Of a DNA stretch of 32,000 bases, positions 25,774 through 32,000 are shown one piece after another. Below the pieces are notes generated by a model, which was given only the letters and a program-made list of their open reading frames with translations, was not told the DNA's origin and made no database searches. The translations under genes were made by a program, and so were the position numbers. Position 1 is the stretch's first letter, and each line of letters starts with the position of its first letter. Origin of the DNA: Frederiksenia canicola (GTDB lineage Bacteria > Pseudomonadota > Gammaproteobacteria > Enterobacterales > Pasteurellaceae); contig NZ_CP015029.1 in assembly GCF_011455495.1 (NCBI RefSeq), forward strand, positions 712,740 through 744,739, given 5' to 3'.

Positions 25774-28700
25774 ATGTCTTCATACCAAATTTTCCCAAAA
25801 TCTACAGGCGTTCGTCCGTCTTTAAGTGAGCATTACCGTGCTGATGAACAAATCCTCGTGCAGCAACTGTTAGAACAAGCCAAAACGGATGAATATGCGG
25901 CACAAATCAAAGCCTTGACCACACAATTAGTTGGCAAAGTTCGCACTGCTCGTAAAAAAGCCAGTGGGGTTGATGCATTAATGCACGAATTTTCGCTCTC
26001 GAGCCAAGAAGGTGTAGCGTTGATGTGCTTGGCTGAAGCTCTGCTACGTATTCCTGACACAGCAACCGCAGACAAACTCATTCGGGATAAAATTGCTAAA
26101 GGCGACTGGCGTTCCCATACGGGCAACAGCCCATCGCTGTTTGTGAACGCAGCGGCGTGGGGGTTGGTGATTACTGGCAAATTGGTGTCTACCCACAGTG
26201 AAAGCAGTTTATCATCCGCCCTTTCCCGCTTGATTGCAAAAGGTGGTGAGCCGTTAATTCGTCGTGGTGTTGATGTGGCAATGCGGTTGCTCGGCAAACA
26301 ATTTGTAACAGGGGAAACCATTCAAGCGGCGATTAAAAATGGCGAAAAACGGTTCGCAATGGGCTATCGTTATAGCTACGATATGTTGGGCGAGGCCGCA
26401 TTCACCCAAGCCGATGCAAAGCGTTACTATGATGATTATGTTGCTTCAATTCATGCCGTGGGAGCCACCTCTCGTGGTTTAGGGGTGTATAAATCATCGG
26501 GGGTGTCGGTCAAACTTTCTGCGATTCACCCTCGTTACAGCTTGGCACAGCACGATCGCGTAATGAACGAACTCTATCCGCGTTTGAAAGAACTCTTTTT
26601 GCTTGCCAAAAAATATGATATTGGTTTAAACATTGATGCCGAAGAAGCCGATCGCCTTGAGTTATCCCTTGATTTAATGGACAAATTACTGACAGACCCT
26701 GATTTAGCTGGATTCAATGGTATCGGCTTTGTGGTGCAGGCATACCAAAAACGCTGCCCGTATGTGATTGATTATTTGATTGAAAAAGCTCGTGCCAACA
26801 ACCGTCAGTTGATGATCCGCTTGGTAAAAGGGGCATATTGGGACACTGAAATCAAACGTGCTCAAACGGATTGTGCTGAAGCTTACCCTGTCTTCTCTCG
26901 CAAAGTGCATACGGATTTGAACTACATCGTTTGTGCTAAGAAATTGCTTGCCGCACAAGATGTGATCTACCCACAATTTGCGACCCATAATGCTCAAACC
27001 CTTTCGACGATTTACCATCTTGCTAAAGGCAAACGCTTTGAGTTCCAATGCTTACACGGCATGGGCGAAACCCTTTATGATCAAGTCGTTGGTGAAAATA
27101 ATCTCAACGTCCAATGCCGTATTTATGCCCCCGTAGGCTCTTATCAAACCCTGTTGGCGTACTTGGTTCGTCGGTTGTTAGAAAACGGAGCAAACAGCTC
27201 TTTTGTGAACCAAATTGTCGATGAAAATTTAAGCATTGACGATCTCGCCCAAGATCCTGTGGCGAAAGCCGCACAAACAGATGGCACAATGCATCCGAAA
27301 ATTCCGTTGCCTGTTAAACTATTCGGTGAGCAACGTCAAAACGCCAAAGGCTACGATTTAACCGATGCGATTCACTTGCGTGATCTGGAAACGCAGCTCA
27401 ATGAGTTGGCAAAACAGACCTACCATGCGGAGCCGCAGCTTGCAGACGGCACAACAAGCGGTCAGTTCTGCCGAAAAATTTGCAATCCTGCCAATGTGCA
27501 AGAGATTGTTGGTAAAGTGACCGATGCCACGGCAGATGATGTTGCTAAAGCCTTTGATGCAGCAGAAAAATACCAAGCGGAATGGCAAGCGACTTTGCCA
27601 GTTGCTCGTGCGGAAATACTCGAAAAAATGGCGGATCTCATGGAAGAAAATATGCCGCAATTATTCGATTTAGCGGTGCGTGAAGCAGGAAAAACGCTCA
27701 ATAATGCGATTGCAGAAGTGCGGGAAGCGGTTGATTTCTGCCGCTATTATGCAAGAGAAGTGAGACTTAACCCTGAGGGCTATCGTAACCCGCGTGGCAT
27801 TGTTGTTGCCATCAGTCCGTGGAACTTCCCGTTGGCGATTTTCGTGGGCGAGGTTTCATCGGCGTTAGTCGCAGGCAATGTGGTGTTGGCAAAACCAGCG
27901 GAGCAGACGTCATTGATGGCATATTATGCGGTGAGTTTGTTCTATCAGGCTGGCGTACCAAAAGCGGCGTTACAGTGCTTATGTGGCAGTGGCAAAGTCG
28001 TTGGAGCAGCTTTGGTTGCTGATCCCCGTGTAAACGGCGTCATTTTCACGGGGTCAACTGACACGGCGAAGCATATCAATCGCAACTTGCAGCGAAACGA
28101 AAAAATTATTCCGCTTGTTGCCGAAACAGGGGGGCAGAATGCGATGATTGTGGATAGTTCCGCCTTGGGCGAGCAAGTGGTTGCCGATGTGCTGAACTCC
28201 GCATTTGACTCCGCAGGACAACGCTGTTCGGCATTACGAGTGCTATATGTGCAGCGTGATGTTGCTGATCATATTTTAACGATGCTCAAAGGGGCGATGG
28301 CGGAATTGACAGTGGGTCGCCCGCAGAAACTCACTACCGATGTAGGCCCTGTGATTGACGGTGTGGCACAAAAACGCTTGCTCGATCACATTGAAAATAT
28401 CAAAAAATCGGCGAAAGATTTCTACCAAGTGGCGATTGATCCTGAAGTTGCCCGAAATGGGATTTTTGTGCCCCCAACCTTACTTGAAATCGACCACATC
28501 AGCCAGCTCACGCACGAGGTGTTTGGGCCAGTGCTACACGTTATCCGCTTTGATGCGGAGCAACTGCCTCAAGTGATGGCGGATATCAACTCAACAGGCT
28601 TTGGCTTGACCAGTGGCTTGCATAGCCGTATTGATGAAACCGTTGATTTATGGCTTGACACCATTCATGCAGGTAACTTGTATGTGAACCGCAACACAGT

Positions 28701-29379
28701 AGGGGCAGTAGTTGGTGTGCAGCCTTTCGGTGGTATGGGCTTGTCAGGCACCGGCCCGAAAGCAGGTGGTCCACTTTATTTGCAACGTCTGGTCAATCGC
28801 AGCGAATGGACGCTAGATGGTTTATCAGGCGAGGCAAAAGCCGTAGATACTCACACGCTCAAAGCGGGTATTCAAGCGGTGCTTTCTGGCACAGAATTGC
28901 AAAATGCGTTGGATCTTATTACCAGCCTTGCTCGCCAATCACCACTTGGTAAAGTGCTCAAAATGCAAGGCATTACGGGTGAGGACAACGTCATGAAGTT
29001 GGAGGCTCGTCCTGTTATTGCCATCGGAAATGGCTCACGCTATCAGCAAATCCAAGCCTTGATCGCCGTGGTATTATGTGGCAGTAAAGCGGTGGTACAG
29101 CGTGAAAGTGATCTCACCAAACACGCAGCCCAATTTGACGGCTTAGTTAGCGTGACGGACGACTTCAATAAGGTCGATAAACTCAGCATCATGATTGTGC
29201 TTGATCCGCTTTCGGCAGATCAGAAAGCCCACTACGCCGAACGAGCAGGGGCAATTTTGACTTATGTCGAAAGTTTGGATTTAGCCTTATCGCTACTGCC
29301 ACTTGTCCACGAAAAAGCCATCAGCATCAACACCGCAGCAGCAGGTGGTAACGCAAGTTTGATGGCCGATATGGATTAG
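25774..29379 (+). CDS. putA: Bifunctional proline dehydrogenase / L-glutamate-gamma-semialdehyde dehydrogenase, without the N-terminal ribbon-helix-helix domain
   Basis: 1201 aa. FSLSSQEGVALMCLAEALLRIPD, YSYDMLGEAA, ISPWNFPLAIF, ETGGQNAMIVDSSA, QRCSALRVL and a C-terminal NTAAAGGNASLM are collinear with E. coli PutA from about residue 90 onward. Confidence 0.95.
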   Translation: MSSYQIFPKSTGVRPSLSEHYRADEQILVQQLLEQAKTDEYAAQIKALTTQLVGKVRTARKKASGVDALMHEFSLSSQEGVALMCLAEALLRIPDTATADKLIRDKIAKGDWRSHTGNSPSLFVNAAAWGLVITGKLVSTHSESSLSSALSRLIAKGGEPLIRRGVDVAMRLLGKQFVTGETIQAAIKNGEKRFAMGYRYSYDMLGEAAFTQADAKRYYDDYVASIHAVGATSRGLGVYKSSGVSVKLSAIHPRYSLAQHDRVMNELYPRLKELFLLAKKYDIGLNIDAEEADRLELSLDLMDKLLTDPDLAGFNGIGFVVQAYQKRCPYVIDYLIEKARANNRQLMIRLVKGAYWDTEIKRAQTDCAEAYPVFSRKVHTDLNYIVCAKKLLAAQDVIYPQFATHNAQTLSTIYHLAKGKRFEFQCLHGMGETLYDQVVGENNLNVQCRIYAPVGSYQTLLAYLVRRLLENGANSSFVNQIVDENLSIDDLAQDPVAKAAQTDGTMHPKIPLPVKLFGEQRQNAKGYDLTDAIHLRDLETQLNELAKQTYHAEPQLADGTTSGQFCRKICNPANVQEIVGKVTDATADDVAKAFDAAEKYQAEWQATLPVARAEILEKMADLMEENMPQLFDLAVREAGKTLNNAIAEVREAVDFCRYYAREVRLNPEGYRNPRGIVVAISPWNFPLAIFVGEVSSALVAGNVVLAKPAEQTSLMAYYAVSLFYQAGVPKAALQCLCGSGKVVGAALVADPRVNGVIFTGSTDTAKHINRNLQRNEKIIPLVAETGGQNAMIVDSSALGEQVVADVLNSAFDSAGQRCSALRVLYVQRDVADHILTMLKGAMAELTVGRPQKLTTDVGPVIDGVAQKRLLDHIENIKKSAKDFYQVAIDPEVARNGIFVPPTLLEIDHISQLTHEVFGPVLHVIRFDAEQLPQVMADINSTGFGLTSGLHSRIDETVDLWLDTIHAGNLYVNRNTVGAVVGVQPFGGMGLSGTGPKAGGPLYLQRLVNRSEWTLDGLSGEAKAVDTHTLKAGIQAVLSGTELQNALDLITSLARQSPLGKVLKMQGITGEDNVMKLEARPVIAIGNGSRYQQIQALIAVVLCGSKAVVQRESDLTKHAAQFDGLVSVTDDFNKVDKLSIMIVLDPLSADQKAHYAERAGAILTYVESLDLALSLLPLVHEKAISINTAAAGGNASLMADMD
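27454..27463 (+). repeat. Apl-type USS core ACAAGCGGTC, with ATTTGCAAT after 14 nt
   Basis: Exact 10-mer inside putA, in the inter-domain linker region. Confidence 0.85.
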
Positions 29380-29423
29380 TAAAAAAATCGCTCTACGGTG
29401 TAGTAGAGTGATTTATGGGAAAG

Positions 29424-29470
29424 AAAAGCGGTCTGATAATGTAAAACTTTTACGAAATCAGACCGCTTGT
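29424..29470. terminator. Bidirectional terminator formed by an inverted USS pair between the convergent putA and uhpC-like genes
   Basis: AAGCGGTCTGAT (29426-29437) / ATCAGACCGCTT (29457-29468). The right core GACCGCTTGT (29461-29470) is exact. It is followed by TTTATTT on the plus strand and preceded by AAGAAAA. Confidence 0.75.
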
Positions 29471-29479
29471 TTATTTAGA

Positions 29480-30817
29480 TTATTGAGCTAATTGTGCTCT
29501 TGCTTTGTTACGGCTACGTTGAAGCATATACACTAATACAAGGAGTAATGCACAAAATAGAGAGATTAAGAACAATGTACCGAAGAAACCATTCCATTTA
29601 AAGTGTTCAATGATTAATGATAATGGTAAACCAGCCACTGCCGCACCAATATAGGCGAATAAACTTACGAAGCCTGTTGATGCACCAGATGCGTATTTGT
29701 GTGAATTCTCAGCAGCTGCCATTGCAATTAAGAACTGTGGTCCGAAAATGAAGAAACCCATTAAGAAGAATAAACTAGACATTAAGAAACGGTTATCGCT
29801 TGGTAAGAACCAGAGTGTTAATGATACCGCAATGATACCCACCACATAGATAATGTTCATTTGGGTACGGTTACCTTTGAAGAATTTGTCTGAGCCCCAA
29901 CCTGCAAATAATGCACCTAAGAAACCACCTACTTCAAAGAAACTCACGCTCGCATTCGCTTGCAATAAGTTGTAACCATGAGTTTCGGTAAGGTATAAGT
30001 TACCCCAGTCGTTGATACCTGTTCTCACGATATAAACTAGCCCGTAAGAGATTGCTAATGCCCAAATGATGCTGTTTTTGAACACGTATTGTTTGAGAAT
30101 TTCCCAAGTTGATAGGCCAACTCCTTCACTTTCGTGTTGTTTTTCAGCAATGTCATTACGCCATTCACCTACAGTTGGTAAGCCCATTGAGCTTGGGCGG
30201 TCACGTAATAAAATACAAAGCCCTAAACCTACAACAACTGCGATGATACCAGGAATAATCATGCCGTAGCGCCAACCCCATGCGAGAGTAACTGCACCTG
30301 CAATCAATGGGATAATCGCACCACCTAGGTTGTGTGAAGTATTCCAAATTGCCCACCATAGACCACGTTCATTACGTGAGTACCACGTGTTGAGAATTTT
30401 TGAACATGGTGGCCAACCCCAACCTTGGAAGAATGCGTTGATCATCCATAATGTTACAAACATAAAGATTGATGAACTCATTCCGAAGAAGATGTTCACG
30501 ATACCTGTCGCCATTAAGCCGATACCCATAAAGTAACGCGGGTTAGAACGGTCACCAATAACGCCAGATAAGAATTTTGAAACACCGTAAGTTAAATAGA
30601 ATGCCGTACCCATAATACCGATATCCGCTTTTTGTAAGCCGAGATCGGTGAGCATTGCAGGCATTACAAAGTTAAAACCTTTACGAGTAAAATAGAAAAC
30701 CGCATAGCCGATATAGCTTACGATCATTAAATGAAGTCGCCAGTAGCGATATGTTTTGTCAATTTCTTCCTGACTTTTTGTAACTGGAAGGTCAGGAGCT
30801 TCTTTAAAAATACTCAT
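29480..30817 (-). CDS. uhpC: UhpC-type organophosphate:phosphate antiporter family MFS protein (sugar-phosphate transporter or sensor)
   Basis: 445 aa. YRYWRLH, YFTRKGFN, GVSKFLSGVIGDRSNPRYFMGIGL, NAFFQGWGWPPC, WYSRNERG and INDWGNLYL are much closer to E. coli UhpC than to GlpT, as I recall those sequences. Confidence 0.8.
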   Translation of the reverse strand: MSIFKEAPDLPVTKSQEEIDKTYRYWRLHLMIVSYIGYAVFYFTRKGFNFVMPAMLTDLGLQKADIGIMGTAFYLTYGVSKFLSGVIGDRSNPRYFMGIGLMATGIVNIFFGMSSSIFMFVTLWMINAFFQGWGWPPCSKILNTWYSRNERGLWWAIWNTSHNLGGAIIPLIAGAVTLAWGWRYGMIIPGIIAVVVGLGLCILLRDRPSSMGLPTVGEWRNDIAEKQHESEGVGLSTWEILKQYVFKNSIIWALAISYGLVYIVRTGINDWGNLYLTETHGYNLLQANASVSFFEVGGFLGALFAGWGSDKFFKGNRTQMNIIYVVGIIAVSLTLWFLPSDNRFLMSSLFFLMGFFIFGPQFLIAMAAAENSHKYASGASTGFVSLFAYIGAAVAGLPLSLIIEHFKWNGFFGTLFLISLFCALLLVLVYMLQRSRNKARAQLAQ

Positions 30818-30978
30818 AGGAGATCTCCGATAAAGTTTACTTCAAATTAAGTATAGAAGATCTTGTTTGAAAAAAAGCTATTTAGATCAAATTTTGGCAT
30901 TTGCTGGATGAATAATAATCAATTTAGATGATGGGACTTCACTTTGTGTAAAAGAATTCATGGGCTGACCACTTGTAA

Positions 30979-30994
30979 CCACAACATCTTGTGT
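30979..30994 (+). promoter_or_regulatory. NrdR-box-like operator 1
   Basis: CCACAACATCTTGTGT. Its reverse complement is ACACAAGATGTTGTGG, compared with the recalled NrdR consensus ACACaAnATnTtGTGT. Confidence 0.45.
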
Positions 30995-31010
30995 TTTGTT
31001 TGAAAGGTAA

Positions 31011-31026
31011 ACACAAGATGTTGCGT
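31011..31026 (+). promoter_or_regulatory. NrdR-box-like operator 2
   Basis: ACACAAGATGTTGCGT. Its centre is 32 bp from box 1, about three helical turns, which is the usual tandem NrdR-box geometry. Confidence 0.45.
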
Positions 31027-31173
31027 TTCTTTCTTCACAAAAAAATAATTCCCTTTAAAATCAAAAATATTCTACGAGCCAATCAGCACTGCCATTTTGT
31101 CAAGACTTGTTCTGTAAAAAAATATGGCTAGAATACGAGGGTATTCTGATAAATTTCTCGTGTAAGGTCCATT

Positions 31174-32000
31174 ATGTCCCGCAATATTTTCGAAAAACGC
31201 ATTCAAATCAAGCCTTATGAGTATCCTGAATTGCTCGAATTTAAAGATGCAATTCGCCATTCTTACTGGTTACATACGGAGTTCAACTTCACGGGCGATA
31301 TTCAAGATTATCGTACTAATATCAATGATCACGAACGCCATGTTTTAACCCGCACGATGTTAGCCATTTCGCAAGTTGAAGTGAATGTGAAGCGTTTCTG
31401 GGGCGATTTGTATAAATATTTTCCAAAACCTGAAATTGATGATGTGGGTGGTACATTCGCAGAATCAGAGGTTCGCCATAAAGATGCATATTCGTTCTTA
31501 CTTGAAAAATTAGGTTTGAATGAAATGTTCACGCAAATTACCGATATCAAGCCGTTGATGAAACGCATTGAATATATGGAAGATTTCATGCGTGATAAAG
31601 ATGAAGGCAATAAACAATTTGTGCTTTCATTAGTGCTTTTTTCTCTTTTCGTTGAACATATTTCATTATTCGGACAATTCCTTGTCATGATGTCGTTCAA
31701 TAAATACCGTAACTTATTCAAAGGTATTTCGAATGCGGTAGAAGCAACGTCTAAAGAAGAAGAAATTCATGGCCGTTTTGGTATTGCGTTATACGAAATT
31801 TTACGTGATGAGCATTCAGAACTCTTTACTCCGACCTTTTATGAAGAGTTAAAAGTTTTAGCAGATCAAGCACTAGAAGCTGAACGTGGCATTTTGGATT
31901 GGATTTTCGAAGAAGGCGATTTAAGTTTTATCAGTCGTAAAACCGTAGAAAACTATATTATGAGTCGTTATAACAACTCTCTGATGGCATTAGGATTAGA
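31174..32000 (+). CDS. nrdB: Ribonucleotide reductase beta subunit (short, non-class-Ia type R2); 3' end lies outside the window
   Basis: My own translation from the ATG at 31174 (AAGG 6 nt upstream) reads MSRNIFEKRIQIKPYEYPELLEFKDAIRHSYWLHTEFNF... The di-metal ligand pattern is ..QVE.., ESEVRHKDAY, FVEH and EEEIHGRF. The frame is open to the window end. It is missing from the track because it has no stop in the window. Confidence 0.8.
   Translation, partial: MSRNIFEKRIQIKPYEYPELLEFKDAIRHSYWLHTEFNFTGDIQDYRTNINDHERHVLTRTMLAISQVEVNVKRFWGDLYKYFPKPEIDDVGGTFAESEVRHKDAYSFLLEKLGLNEMFTQITDIKPLMKRIEYMEDFMRDKDEGNKQFVLSLVLFSLFVEHISLFGQFLVMMSFNKYRNLFKGISNAVEATSKEEEIHGRFGIALYEILRDEHSELFTPTFYEELKVLADQALEAERGILDWIFEEGDLSFISRKTVENYIMSRYNNSLMALGL

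Noticed and set aside
25572-25829. An 85-aa ORF spans the putP end, the terminator, the USS palindrome and the putA start.
   Set aside because: It is composed of terminator and palindrome sequence and overlaps two solid genes in other frames. Its FAKFFANLTAC peptide is just the USS motif translated.
31107-31134. TTGTTC-16-TAGAAT as the nrdB promoter.
   Set aside because: It is a plausible sigma70 match. However, it lies about 100 bp downstream of the NrdR-like boxes, and a second candidate overlaps box 2. I cannot choose between them from sequence alone, so I did not report either as a feature.
31072-31721. Minus-strand ORFs 31072..31260 and 31329..31721.
   Set aside because: They are antisense to the strongly supported RNR beta-subunit frame or lie in its 5' region, with low-complexity translations.

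Overview
The window looks like a chromosomal segment from a member of the Pasteurellaceae. It has typical gamma-proteobacterial rRNA and tRNA genes and 13 perfect copies of the Apl-type DNA uptake signal core ACAAGCGGTC. I did not try to assign a species.

Gene content, left to right:
- menD (minus strand, cut by the window edge).
- A four-gene minus-strand hydrolase/transport cluster: a YcaC-like cysteine hydrolase, a small XapX/DUF1427-like membrane protein, an Amidohydrolase-3 enzyme with a Cys/His-rich tail, and an MFS_3 transporter with a soluble C-terminal domain.
- hemL (minus strand).
- A 10-kb enterobacterial-common-antigen (ECA) operon: wecA-wzzE-wecB-wecC-wecD-[LRAT-like gene]-wecE-wecF-wzyE-wecG.
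- tRNA-Arg(CCG), tRNA-His(GUG) and tRNA-Pro(UGG), running directly into an rRNA operon (16S, tRNA-Glu(UUC), 23S, 5S).
- putP and putA in tandem.
- A UhpC-type sugar-phosphate transporter (minus strand).
- The 5' part of a short-type ribonucleotide reductase beta-subunit gene.

I saw no CRISPR array, integrase, transposase or recognisable defence system.

The most unusual signals are:
1. A 143-bp nested-palindrome element carrying an uptake signal, sitting in-frame inside wecD.
2. An AT-rich, USS-free LRAT/PLAAT-type Cys-His acyltransferase/phospholipase gene wedged into the wecD/wecE junction. It extends the wecD C-terminus and leaves wecE without an ATG or GTG start.
3. An ECA cluster with no rffG/rffH and no wzxE flippase.
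4. A fixed-spacing bipartite uptake-signal motif, ACAAGCGGTC-N14-(T/A)TTTGCAAA, translated repeatedly as FAKxxxx(L/V)TAC in four ECA proteins.
5. Three tRNAs that appear to form the leader of the rRNA operon.

All homology statements rest on my own reading of the translations and on E. coli sequences recalled from memory. No database search was run.
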